Shown here one piece after another: positions 17,914 to 27,267 of a stretch of DNA of 35,888 nucleotides. The notes under the pieces were generated by a model that was not told the DNA's origin, did no database searches, and saw only the letters and a program-made list of their open reading frames with translations. Source of the stretch: a virus (Duplodnaviria > Caudoviricetes). The translations under genes and the position numbers were made by a program. Positions within the stretch are counted from its first letter, which is position 1; each line of letters opens with the position of its first letter. The stretch lies in IMG/VR virus record IMGVR_UViG_3300030613_000136, positions 1 to 35,888 of that record. One strand, 5' to 3'.

Positions 17914-18913
17914 AATTTTCCTTTAAAAAAGATTCCCACTCTGTGCTGAATCGCTCTTTCGAGAAATGACATGCTGCTTTTCTAGGCTGGTACATCGAGC
18001 GTTCTCTGACAATCGAATCGAAAATAAACTTTGAAACTTTTGCAGTCTCTTTCGGTGAACGATATTTTCTATCTATGATTGCTCCCACACAACATTCCTT
18101 GTCACCTTCGCTCTTGCAAATCTTCGAAAGTGAATGAAGCAAGCCAACGTTGTATGCGACTATAGGAACGTCGCACGCAAGGCATTCTAACACAAAAAAA
18201 GAATTTCCTTCGTAGGCGCTAGGCTGAACCACCATCGTAGCATTTCCGAGCACTTCATATTTATCGATGCCAAATTTTCGAGCCGCGTCGTCCAAAAGCA
18301 AAACGTCAGCTTCATCGCCCAAAACGTCTTTCACTGCCTCGATGTGTTCAAATCCTTTGTTTGCGTTTGTGACACCGTGAATTACAAGAGGCTTGTCTAA
18401 CTTAAGCTTGCTAATCGGAGGTTTGAAACTATTCAAGTCTATGGAATTGTTTATCACAGTAGACGGGAAATTCCATTGCAAAGTCATCTGCTCTGAAACA
18501 AAGTCAGATACTGCAACTAGTTTTCCACCAGCTGCGAGATGTCTCTTAGTATGAGCAACTTGAGCAGCATGGTGCAGCGGAAAATCTGCCGCCTTACCTG
18601 AGTCTACGTCGTCTTTTGTCGAATGGCTCCAAATACCGTGACGAACACACACTGTTTTTCTTGGGTCAAATCCGTCAGCCCAAAAGCTATCAGCAACTAC
18701 TACATCTTTTGGTTTTACTTTCTTAGTCCACAACAAGTAACGAGACAAAATCTTCGCTCTGTCCCACTCGTACGTTTGATACGTGTCATGTTCTGGAAAA
18801 TCCCACCATGAGAAATGTTTAGCTCCATGAAAACAAGAAGCAAGATCTCTGTTGAATCTCGGAACACCTCCTGAAGATTCGAGAGGTGTAAACGAGACTA
18901 AAACTAACGACAT
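17891..18913 (-). CDS. Glycosyltransferase family 4
   Basis: GGV.RF, VAVS, NSID, KG, PSAYEG....LE.LAC.VP. Confidence 0.9.
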   Translation of the reverse strand: MSLVLVSFTPLESSGGVPRFNRDLASCFHGAKHFSWWDFPEHDTYQTYEWDRAKILSRYLLWTKKVKPKDVVVADSFWADGFDPRKTVCVRHGIWSHSTKDDVDSGKAADFPLHHAAQVAHTKRHLAAGGKLVAVSDFVSEQMTLQWNFPSTVINNSIDLNSFKPPISKLKLDKPLVIHGVTNANKGFEHIEAVKDVLGDEADVLLLDDAARKFGIDKYEVLGNATMVVQPSAYEGNSFFVLECLACDVPIVAYNVGLLHSLSKICKSEGDKECCVGAIIDRKYRSPKETAKVSKFIFDSIVRERSMYQPRKAACHFSKERFSTEWESFLKENYGMHFTS

Positions 18914-19656
18914 GAATTCTCCTTGATCTTTTTCTTGTCATCAAGACTTTCAGGAAGTTCTCTCTTGAGCCACGTAGAATCTGCAAATCCAGCGTGTTGC
19001 AGAAGTCCTGGCATCACTAAGTTGGTGCGGCCTGTCCTGCAAACTGAATTGACGTGATTTCTGATCATCCACCAGTCAACACCGCTTCCTAGGCCGTCAT
19101 TTGGCTTCCCTCGTTCTCTACCAGTCTCTGGATCAATTCTGTCTATTGGCCACATAGACATCCAGTAATCATGAAAACTCATCATGTTTGTAGCACGAAT
19201 CCAGTCCTTCAAGATCATTCCATTTCCAAGGACTCTCCTGAGAGGATGTTCAACACATTCTACTCCAGACGCAAATCCGAGTTTAAGCGGCCCGCTAAGC
19301 TGCAAAAATTTCGATGACAACTTCATCAACCAATCGTTTGAAAACAACACATCGTCTTGCACGTATGTCGTCAAGCCAAACAGTTTTGTTCCTTCCCATC
19401 TCTTCAGAGTATCGATGTGCGCAAGCGCCATGTTGATTGACGGGCCAAGACCTTCGTTGCGAGAATTTGTCAAAACGTAGTCAATCAGATCAATGTTCTT
19501 GTCAAGAATTTTTCGAGTCTCTTCGTCGAAACCGTCGCACACCATCGTCATCCTATATTGATTTCTTGGAGTATTCTTTCTCAGAGATGACAAGCACATG
19601 TCAAGAAGTCCTGGACGATTTTTGGTAGTGACGAAGATATCGGTGATGATCGTCAT
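18904..19656 (-). CDS. Glycosyltransferase family 2
   Basis: VTTKNR..LL..CL.SL, N.GLG...N, YVQDD. Confidence 0.85.
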   Translation of the reverse strand: MTIITDIFVTTKNRPGLLDMCLSSLRKNTPRNQYRMTMVCDGFDEETRKILDKNIDLIDYVLTNSRNEGLGPSINMALAHIDTLKRWEGTKLFGLTTYVQDDVLFSNDWLMKLSSKFLQLSGPLKLGFASGVECVEHPLRRVLGNGMILKDWIRATNMMSFHDYWMSMWPIDRIDPETGRERGKPNDGLGSGVDWWMIRNHVNSVCRTGRTNLVMPGLLQHAGFADSTWLKRELPESLDDKKKIKENSCR

Positions 19657-22600
19657 TTACATCCAACCTTTCATGATCTCGGGAATTGCGACACTGAGCT
19701 TGAACGTTTTTGCATTTCCGTGTTCACCACCTCGAAACTTAAGTTCAAGAGCTTTACGTTTGACATCTTCGTCTGTCTTCACATCAGGAAAACGATCGAG
19801 CGGCTCAGGATCGTTGTAAAGTTTGCTCCACTGGACGTTCCAAAAGCTCTTGAAATCGTTTATCTTTCGCTCGATGTTTGCCCACGAAAAATGAAAAACA
19901 CTAGGAAGATTTTTGAAAATATCGTTCATCCTTCTTCCATACTCGTCTGGATTTGTCAAACGAAGGTGCTCAAGCTCCTGAGTGTAAAAGCCCTTGTGCG
20001 GAAGAAACTCGTTATTCATGATGTCGATGAATTCGCATCCGTCGCTCATGCCTTTCTTCGCGTAAGTCATTCCCGTCTTTTCATCGAACGCTCTAGCGTC
20101 TTTGTTGATTCCGTGAGTCACTTTAAAATTGTTTCTCGTGAGGCGCCACTTCCACGAGTGTCTGTCAGTTCTAACAGTTTCAGTGTCACCCCAAAGTTCA
20201 ACTACTGGCAAGTGAAGAATGTCAACATCACTTGGAAATGCGTCTGCTAACTTTTTGATCTTTTCGTAATCTCTCTCAGAAACAACTTCGTCTGCGTCCT
20301 GTTGCCACAGGAAATCGTCTGGACTGACAGAACACATAGCACGTCCGAAAGCTTTCTGCAATCCATCCATGCCGGGTTCGTTTGAGTCCCACAAATGCTC
20401 GATGAGTTTGACACGCTCGTCTCCGATAGCGTTTATCTTTTCGACAGTTCCGTCGTTTGAACCGCCGTCTACTACTACTACTTCGTCGCAAAATCCAAGC
20501 ATCGATTTGATCGATTGGATATACGGGAAACCATGGCTCTCAGCGTTGAGAACGTGTGTGTAACCTGCAATCTTCGGACGAACATCGTCGTACATAACAA
20601 GATTTCCGTTTGTTCCGACTCTTTCTACGACTGACTTGACTACCAGTTCAGGATCAATCTGATTGATACACGAATTGTCCTTGTCAACCTTACACTGATA
20701 TTTGTAACACGCTTTCTTGCATCCCAGTCTGTCGGGAGTCTCCAGCAAAGCTCCAAAAGATTTAGCTGGTCCTGTCGAACTTGGATACGAACTTCCGAAC
20801 AAAGAAACGTACGGAGTTCGTAACGCGTCAGCGATGTGCATCGAAACGCTGTCTATCCCTACAAGACACTTCGCGCTTTGTATCACGAAGGCTAATTGGT
20901 TGTAGTTCGTTTTTCCTCTAAAATCTTCGACACCTTCGAACGTAGCATCGTCTTCAGCGCCAACTTGAACAACTGAAAGACCTGTCATTCGCTTGAGATT
21001 GTGAATGACTTTCTTCCACTTTTTGTAATTCCTAGCTTCCCATTGTCCTTTTCCAGAACCTGGATGAAACACGATGTACTTTTCAGGAAGTCCTTCTACT
21101 CGTTCAGTTTGAATAAAGTACTTACCGAGTTCAACTTGACACTGAGCAGCGAATTCCTCTACGAGCTTTCTTCCTTTTCCTCCATGAACCCAATTAGAAG
21201 TGCCAAGCTGAACTGCGAGATTCGGAGTGTAAACTTCGTTAAAAACATTCTCAAGCTCACCGACATTCGTCATCCAATTCTCAAATCGAATGACTGCGTC
21301 TATACTTGCGTTTGACTTCAAAATGTCCATATACTTTGAGTCTGTAGCAAAAATCAAAAAATGATCTGGAAACTTCTTTCTCAAAGAATCGACGATCGCC
21401 GTAGAAACGAACACATCTCCTGCAGACATAGGCATCGTGTAAATCAACGTTTTCTTGTCACCGACATTCAGCATGTCAGTCAAACGAGATTTAACAAAGT
21501 CTTTATTGCTTGAATGAGTAACGACGTTCGCAGAAGAAATTAGCTGAGACAGCACATCAATGAATTGCGCTCCCAACTTTTCTTCGCTAAACTCCAAAGA
21601 AATCCTAGAAGCAAGTTCAAGCGCCCATTCTTTTGGTTTGTCGACGCTCAAGCTGATTTTCTTCATCTTCATTTTAGCATCTTGTTCTTTGACAGACGCC
21701 CAACGTGTTCCTTTCTCCATCACTCCGTTCCAAACTGAAGACTGAGGAATCTCAGTGAGATCGTATTCAATCGGAACGAATCTCTTTTTCCCGTCAATGA
21801 GATGCAAGAAATCCAAATGACCCGACCAGTTCGTCACAAGCACTGGAAGTCCACACGCTGCAGCTTCTATCATAGGCAAACCGTATCCCTCGCCGTGTGT
21901 GAAAGACACGTAAGACTTAATTTTCGGGTGCTTATACAACTCAGCAAGCTTCGCATCTGTCAAACGACCGTGAATAAGCTTGACCCTCGGATATTCGCCG
22001 CAGTTTGTAGAAGCCTTGATCTGCTGTATTCTATTCCTACACGTTTCGTAATCGATGACTGAGTTACCAACTATTCCAGACTTGAGAACAAGGCCAACAT
22101 TCTTGTTGCCAGCGAACGTTTCACAGAAATACTTCACGAGCAAACCAAGATTTTTTCTATCCTCGCCAACTGGCTTGTCGAAGCCAAGTCCAACAGACAA
22201 AAAGTTGAAGTCAGATTCAAGAAGCAAATCACTCGAGACTTTTGTCGTGTTGAAAACTTTGGAATCAACAGCTTCTGGAAGAACGACGAGTGGTTTATTC
22301 AATTTCAGCTGTTCGCCGTTTGCGTTCGTGTAAACGATGTTAGCGTATGTCTCAGCTGAATGTCTTGAAGGAACGATCACAAGATCAACTTCGTTGTTAG
22401 CCTTTATGATCCACTCAGGAGAAACTCTGTCCACTTCAATGCCAGCAGTTACTCCAATGTGAATCGGTGCCATCCTCTTGAATTCGTTTGGTATAGTGAC
22501 CTGAATTGCGACATCGTACTTTTTGTCGCCAAATTCATGCTTCTTTTGAAGAACTGAAATTTCTTCAGCGAATTTGTCGTTCACGTCAAGAAAAGGAGTC

Positions 22601-22731
22601 GAACCCCAGTTGACAGCAACGACGCTTACATCGAATTCTCCGGATCTGAGAATGAACTTAAGCAACTGGCGAGCGTGATGACCGTAGCCGCTGCACGTCA
22701 AAACAGGTCCCCAAAAAAGAAGTTTCTTCAT
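19657..22731 (-). CDS. Three-domain glycosyltransferase (GT4-GT9-GT2 fusion)
   Basis: SGYG...DRKN...GEGYGLP.IEAAACG (GT4); AGDV...GIDSVSMHIA (GT9); DEVVVVDGGSNDGT...QQDADE (GT2); GGAG SD before ATG 22731. Confidence 0.88.
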   Translation of the reverse strand: MKKLLFWGPVLTCSGYGHHARQLLKFILRSGEFDVSVVAVNWGSTPFLDVNDKFAEEISVLQKKHEFGDKKYDVAIQVTIPNEFKRMAPIHIGVTAGIEVDRVSPEWIIKANNEVDLVIVPSRHSAETYANIVYTNANGEQLKLNKPLVVLPEAVDSKVFNTTKVSSDLLLESDFNFLSVGLGFDKPVGEDRKNLGLLVKYFCETFAGNKNVGLVLKSGIVGNSVIDYETCRNRIQQIKASTNCGEYPRVKLIHGRLTDAKLAELYKHPKIKSYVSFTHGEGYGLPMIEAAACGLPVLVTNWSGHLDFLHLIDGKKRFVPIEYDLTEIPQSSVWNGVMEKGTRWASVKEQDAKMKMKKISLSVDKPKEWALELASRISLEFSEEKLGAQFIDVLSQLISSANVVTHSSNKDFVKSRLTDMLNVGDKKTLIYTMPMSAGDVFVSTAIVDSLRKKFPDHFLIFATDSKYMDILKSNASIDAVIRFENWMTNVGELENVFNEVYTPNLAVQLGTSNWVHGGKGRKLVEEFAAQCQVELGKYFIQTERVEGLPEKYIVFHPGSGKGQWEARNYKKWKKVIHNLKRMTGLSVVQVGAEDDATFEGVEDFRGKTNYNQLAFVIQSAKCLVGIDSVSMHIADALRTPYVSLFGSSYPSSTGPAKSFGALLETPDRLGCKKACYKYQCKVDKDNSCINQIDPELVVKSVVERVGTNGNLVMYDDVRPKIAGYTHVLNAESHGFPYIQSIKSMLGFCDEVVVVDGGSNDGTVEKINAIGDERVKLIEHLWDSNEPGMDGLQKAFGRAMCSVSPDDFLWQQDADEVVSERDYEKIKKLADAFPSDVDILHLPVVELWGDTETVRTDRHSWKWRLTRNNFKVTHGINKDARAFDEKTGMTYAKKGMSDGCEFIDIMNNEFLPHKGFYTQELEHLRLTNPDEYGRRMNDIFKNLPSVFHFSWANIERKINDFKSFWNVQWSKLYNDPEPLDRFPDVKTDEDVKRKALELKFRGGEHGNAKTFKLSVAIPEIMKGWM

Positions 22732-22744
22732 TCGTTCTCCGTTG

Positions 22745-23698
22745 TCAAACAAAAATGAGGCCACGAGGGAAACGTCTCTCGTATTCTTCAGTGATCTTCA
22801 AACCATCAATTATATCGACGCTAGCTTTCCACCCGAGAAGTTCAAAAGCTTTCGATGAATCTGCGAGAGTAAGCTTGTACTCTCCTTTTCTGGGAGGGAT
22901 GAATTCGACATCACCGCCAACAAACGCCGCTATCTCTAGGATACTGTGATTTTTGCCCGTTCCTATGTTTATCGTTCCACCGACATCGCGATTCATGGCA
23001 GCCAAAACGTTTGCTTTCACAACGTCACCTACGAAAGTAAAATCACGTCGTTGCGTACCGTCACCGACTACTGTCAGCTTTTGTCCTCTGCGCTTTTGCT
23101 TTTTGAAGATCGCTATCACGGTGGCGTAGTTACCTTCCTCTTGATGTCTAGGACCATAAACGTTGAAGTAACGCAACGACACAGTCGACAAACCGTAAAT
23201 CTTGTTGTAAAACGCGCACAATTCTTCACCGAAGAGTTTGCTGAAAGAATACGGACTGTTGCAGTCAGTCTTTAAGTCTTCCGTAAGACCGCGTCCCGAC
23301 TCAACTACTTTCGCATTTTCTGCGCCGTAAGCAGACGAAGAAGCAGAGTACACCACTCTCTTTACTCCATTTATTCGCGCTGCTTCAAGAACGTTCATCG
23401 TTCCTACGCAGTTCGGCCGCCAAGCTACAAAAGGATCGTTTATAGAAGGTTGAATTCGAGAAGACGCGGCGAGATGGAAAATCCACGCTTTGTTAGCACA
23501 CACGCGTTTCATCAAATCAAAATCGCATATGTTTCCTCTAACAAATTCAAGCTTTGGATTTCCCTTCCAGCCTTTGATGTTTTCGAGAGTACCTTCTGAA
23601 AGGTCGTCTACGATTGTCACTTCATGACCTTGCACCATCAATTCGTCAACGATGTGAGATCCGATGAAGCCAGCGCCACCAGTGACAAGCACGCTCAT
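22745..23698 (-). CDS. NAD-dependent nucleotide-sugar epimerase/dehydratase
   Basis: VTGGAGFIGSH, SPYSFSK, LRYFNVYGP, RDF; AGGAG SD before ATG 23698. Confidence 0.95.
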   Translation of the reverse strand: MSVLVTGGAGFIGSHIVDELMVQGHEVTIVDDLSEGTLENIKGWKGNPKLEFVRGNICDFDLMKRVCANKAWIFHLAASSRIQPSINDPFVAWRPNCVGTMNVLEAARINGVKRVVYSASSSAYGAENAKVVESGRGLTEDLKTDCNSPYSFSKLFGEELCAFYNKIYGLSTVSLRYFNVYGPRHQEEGNYATVIAIFKKQKRRGQKLTVVGDGTQRRDFTFVGDVVKANVLAAMNRDVGGTINIGTGKNHSILEIAAFVGGDVEFIPPRKGEYKLTLADSSKAFELLGWKASVDIIDGLKITEEYERRFPRGLIFV

Positions 23699-23722
23699 AA
23701 TGCTCTCCTTTCGATGATAACA

Positions 23723-23736
23723 ATTATACAACGAAA
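23723..23736 (-). promoter_or_regulatory. Putative early/host-sigma promoter motif TTTCGTTGTATAAT
   Basis: Intergenic TATAAT; the same 14-mer recurs upstream of other genes. Confidence 0.6.
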
Positions 23737-23738
23737 TT

Positions 23739-25088
23739 TTATATCGTTACAATCTTGAGATCGTTATCTCTGACAGTCAGCATCTTGTACAATTTGACTT
23801 GTTCTGTCAGCATCTTGTCCCAAGAAACGATCATGTCGTCGAAATTGAACGTCTTACGCGCCCAATTACTTGCTTGCGAACCAAGTTCTCTTCTTCCGCT
23901 TCTTCCGAGTTCGTACAACTTTGTTAACGCATTTACGACGTCGTTATGAGAAACACGGTCATCATAGATGTATGGAATCTGTTGCGAGCCAGTGCAAGAA
24001 CGAGACGCTGGAAAAAGAGGTATGCCCCACCACTTGAAATTTCCTTGACCGTTAAGAGACTTGTTGTAGCGTTTCTTCGCAATCGAGAGCAACTCGTCCT
24101 GATCAAACACGTTGTCGAGATCATCGTACCAGTCGCCAATTTGATACTGTAAGCCGCCCGTCATGTTGACGACGATTGGCGTTCCAGCCATCAGACTTTC
24201 AAGAGTTCCCAACCCGAATCCTTCGTTGTTGGCGATGTTGATCGTGCAATCACAAGCGTTGTAAAACATGTTCATGAATTCTGGTGGCACTCTGTCTTGA
24301 GATACTACTAAGCTACTTTCGATGTCAAAACACTTCGCGACAGATATGATGTCCTGGCCTTCAGGATCGCCTATCTGCGTGTGCATCACGAGAGCGACTT
24401 TGTTTTTTCCAATCTTCTTTGCGAACTTTGCGAACGTCGCTATGACGTCTCCCGTCATCTTTCTACGAGCATTTCTGTTGTTCCAGAAAAGAACGAAATC
24501 TTTGTCAGTGTGGGGACCAAATCTTTCAAGTTTGAACTTCTTGCATTCGTCTTCAGACACTGGCTTAAAGACGTTTGGATCTACAGCGTGCGGAATGTAG
24601 TTGCAACGTTTAAATTCTAACTCTTTCAGCATCTTATACGTCTTCATGGACAACGCAGAGATATGATCGTTGCTATCGTAAAAAGGCATGTTGAACTTCG
24701 GAGCTGGATCGTTGTCCCAGACGTGCCAATACACGATGGGGCATTGCTTTCTGATTTCGTCTTCCATCTCCCAAACCCAAACAAACTGTCGAGGGTCAGT
24801 GAAAAGAACGACAACATCTGGCTTCTGTTCACGAAGAGCTACTCGCATCTGTTCTTTGCTTCCGTATCCGTCGACTGGCTGAACAATCCAGTTTCCTTCT
24901 CCAAACTTTTCTGGCGATATTTGCTGCAATCTGTAATCAGGATGTTTGACGGCGCCGCCGAAACAGTAAAACTTGAAACGTCCAGTAGCAAGAAGTCCTT
25001 CCATGACGTAACGAGCTTGACTTCCGACACCCGAACTAACCATCGGATGATCGGCTAAAAAAAGAACTTTGATTCTATCATTTTCCAT
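23739..25088 (-). CDS. Glycosyltransferase family 4
   Basis: IPHAVD, NRNARRK, EGFGLGTLESL..GTP. Confidence 0.9.
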   Translation of the reverse strand: MENDRIKVLFLADHPMVSSGVGSQARYVMEGLLATGRFKFYCFGGAVKHPDYRLQQISPEKFGEGNWIVQPVDGYGSKEQMRVALREQKPDVVVLFTDPRQFVWVWEMEDEIRKQCPIVYWHVWDNDPAPKFNMPFYDSNDHISALSMKTYKMLKELEFKRCNYIPHAVDPNVFKPVSEDECKKFKLERFGPHTDKDFVLFWNNRNARRKMTGDVIATFAKFAKKIGKNKVALVMHTQIGDPEGQDIISVAKCFDIESSLVVSQDRVPPEFMNMFYNACDCTINIANNEGFGLGTLESLMAGTPIVVNMTGGLQYQIGDWYDDLDNVFDQDELLSIAKKRYNKSLNGQGNFKWWGIPLFPASRSCTGSQQIPYIYDDRVSHNDVVNALTKLYELGRSGRRELGSQASNWARKTFNFDDMIVSWDKMLTEQVKLYKMLTVRDNDLKIVTI

Positions 25089-25117
25089 TTTGACCTCGTG
25101 AACTTATCTAGTTGTTC

Positions 25118-25978
25118 CTACTTCGTCGTTTTCCAACCTTCGCAAAGTTCAGAACCGTTGTACGGGCACTTGTCGCCGTATTTGCTCACGCACATGTCTT
25201 TGTTATGACGAATAGTTCCTTCGTTCAATCTCTTATCCATGTCTGTTATATCTGCGTTGATATCGTCAAGAGCTCTTTGGACCGACACTGGACCGGCGCT
25301 GACCGGAAAAAATTCGATTGCAGGCGAACCCTTCGGTGGCGTTCTCTTCAGCAATACGAACGCAACTCTGACGTTTTTGGGGTCTAAATTGAATTTCTTG
25401 CACAAGAAATGTTTGTACAGAAACAACTGAGCATGCAAGTTTCTGTCTCTTCTTTTGTCGATCGTCCATCCGAAAGAGCACGTCTTGAAGTCAATAACAT
25501 ATAGTATCGTGTTTCCTCTTACGTCTTTTGTCTTGATCACGAAGTCGATGAAACCTTTGAAATCAATCTTGATGTTGTCAGTTCTTCCTATCGGAATTCT
25601 TATCTCGTGTTCGTTGAACATCACTTCTGCATTTCTTAATTCTTCACACGAGTCAAATTCTTCAAGAATTCTCTTGCCAGCAGAGACGAATATCTCTGGA
25701 CCTGCTGTTCGTTCTTTTTCTCTGTATTTGTCTTTGTTCTTTTCGAACAACTCTCTGAACATCTTCTCAAAAAATATTATCGTGTCAGCGATAGACAACG
25801 AATCTTTCTTCGTTTTGTAACGTTCTATAGACTTGTGGATTGAAGTTCCAAAGTCCAAATGAACGCCAAACGATTGTTCGAAGTGACAGTCAACTACGTC
25901 AAGTTTCCAACGCATCTGACAGCCGTTTTTGTAAGACTGCCAAGCGCTGAAAGAAATTCTATCTGGAAGTGAAGGCAA
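25118..25978 (-). CDS. PD-(D/E)XK nuclease, Cas4/RecB-like
   Basis: FGTSIH, E, GFID, IDFKT, QL..Y, N- and C-terminal Cys. Confidence 0.88.
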   Translation of the reverse strand: MPSLPDRISFSAWQSYKNGCQMRWKLDVVDCHFEQSFGVHLDFGTSIHKSIERYKTKKDSLSIADTIIFFEKMFRELFEKNKDKYREKERTAGPEIFVSAGKRILEEFDSCEELRNAEVMFNEHEIRIPIGRTDNIKIDFKGFIDFVIKTKDVRGNTILYVIDFKTCSFGWTIDKRRDRNLHAQLFLYKHFLCKKFNLDPKNVRVAFVLLKRTPPKGSPAIEFFPVSAGPVSVQRALDDINADITDMDKRLNEGTIRHNKDMCVSKYGDKCPYNGSELCEGWKTTK

Positions 25979-25985
25979 GAAGCAC

Positions 25986-26246
25986 TTACACTTTCTTCAA
26001 AAGAACGACAAGATCGTCATCGAAGACCAGACTCTTCTTCCACTGCTCGTTAAGATCTTTCATTCTTTCGATTCTAGAAACTTTGAAATCGTTTCCGTTT
26101 ACTACGAAAACTTGTTCGATAAATTCAGTTGGAGTCAATTCTGTGATCTTGTCTTGAAGCTCTTTGTTCGCCAGTTCAAGCTGGATTACTCTATCTGCAA
26201 GTTCAAGCTGGATTACTCTATCTGCAAGTTCTTGTTTGGATGACAT
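25986..26246 (-). CDS. Hypothetical protein with duplicated 9-aa segment
   Basis: ELADRVIQL x2; GAGG SD. Confidence 0.65.
   Translation of the reverse strand: MSSKQELADRVIQLELADRVIQLELANKELQDKITELTPTEFIEQVFVVNGNDFKVSRIERMKDLNEQWKKSLVFDDDLVVLLKKV
26173..26231. repeat. Perfect 27-bp tandem duplication
   Basis: AGTTCAAGCTGGATTACTCTATCTGCA x2 + AGTTC. Confidence 0.95.
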
Positions 26247-26507
26247 TCACGCGGCCTCGATAACACAGTGACACAATTTGTTTGACGACAGCGGGCGCCC
26301 TCGTGTAATCTCGAACTTCTTGTCTTCGTGACAGAATGCGATTACGGTCTTCGCAACACTGTTCTCTTCCTTCATCTCGACCAGGGCGAGGCGGAGTCGT
26401 TTTTCTTCGCCAGCGCGGCGAAGGAAGTCTCTGCCTTCTTTGCTAAGTTGAGCTTTCATTTGACTCATCCTGTATAATCTAGTCTTATATGATTTAGATC
26501 TAATCAA
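26247..26507 (-). CDS. Hypothetical basic protein (start uncertain, possibly 26468)
   Basis: ORF abutting the next gene (TGA ATG). Confidence 0.5.
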   Translation of the reverse strand: MIRSKSYKTRLYRMSQMKAQLSKEGRDFLRRAGEEKRLRLALVEMKEENSVAKTVIAFCHEDKKFEITRGRPLSSNKLCHCVIEAA

Positions 26508-26649
26508 CTATTCTACTTTATCACTATTGAACTATTTTCAAGTCAATTTGCTAATCCCCTTAAATAGCTAATTGAACTATTTGTTAAAGGCATTTATTTT
26601 TCCTAATACAGAAAATAAATACTAATACGTTAATGATATCAATTACTTA
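26500..26649. promoter_or_regulatory. AT-rich intergenic element with direct and inverted repeats
   Basis: ATTGAACTATTT at 26526 and 26571; ATTTATTTT/AAAATAAAT inverted repeat at ~26592-26619. Confidence 0.5.
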
Positions 26650-27186
26650 TCATCCTCGCCACGACGCTCTGAATTCCCAGTTCTTTCTGAAAATTTCCTG
26701 AGAGGGATCTCTCTTGATAAGATCATTGTAATATTTTTTTTGAGTTATGCACATCGCATCGACAAACGTTTTCCCCATAGAATTTATCGCAAGCAAGCTT
26801 TTCGGTCCAAGAATTCCGTCTTGCTCTTCCGCAGGAAGAGAAGCTGCTCTTTGAGCTACAATTATAGCATTACGCGGAGAAGCGTTTACTCCAAAGTCGT
26901 AGATCTTTGTAGCTGAAATCTGATCTGACACGAATTCGTATTTGAACGGATCCCAAAAATATTTCTTGTAGAATTTAACAGACGTCGCAAGAGGCAATTT
27001 TCGTATGATCGTGTAATCTCCCCAGTCGTCAACGTCTATATCGAGATCTCTTGGTTTGAGTCCAAGACGTTTGACTATCAAGCTAGAAACACCCCACATG
27101 GTAGGACCGCCTTTGTCATTCTTGACGTTAGCATACCCTCCCTCAGCCTGCTGAACTCTTTTGTGTGCTACGTAGAAGTCACTCAT
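26650..27186 (-). CDS. Endolysin, glycoside hydrolase family 108
   Basis: EGGYAN...DKGGPT.WG, FY...FW, DG.LGP.SL.AIN, F...W..R. Confidence 0.92.
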   Translation of the reverse strand: MSDFYVAHKRVQQAEGGYANVKNDKGGPTMWGVSSLIVKRLGLKPRDLDIDVDDWGDYTIIRKLPLATSVKFYKKYFWDPFKYEFVSDQISATKIYDFGVNASPRNAIIVAQRAASLPAEEQDGILGPKSLLAINSMGKTFVDAMCITQKKYYNDLIKRDPSQEIFRKNWEFRASWRG

Positions 27187-27262
27187 GGTTTGGCTCCGTT
27201 TGGTACGCTCGAATCACGCCGTTGCATCGAGCTCATCCAAATTTAATTAGCCATGAAACCAT
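27184..27262 (-). promoter_or_regulatory. Long interrupted RNA hairpin covering the endolysin SD/start
   Basis: Nested pairings ATGGTT/AACCAT, TGGCT/AGCCA, TTTGG/CCAAA, GCTCGA/TCGAGC. Confidence 0.65.
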
Positions 27263-27267
27263 ATTGA

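Noticed and set aside
23776-23818. 13-bp repeat GTCAGCATCTTGT twice
   Set aside because: Only two short copies in coding sequence (KMLT twice); no array structure.
4389-25088. Bacterial chromosomal LPS/capsule locus
   Set aside because: It is continuous with phage genes in strand, packing and promoter motif, and has no export or membrane assembly genes.
25118-26649. CRISPR-Cas locus (Cas4-like gene near repeats and an AT-rich leader-like region)
   Set aside because: The 27-bp repeat has no spacer and is in-frame coding, and there are no other cas genes. Solo Cas4-like nucleases are common in phages.
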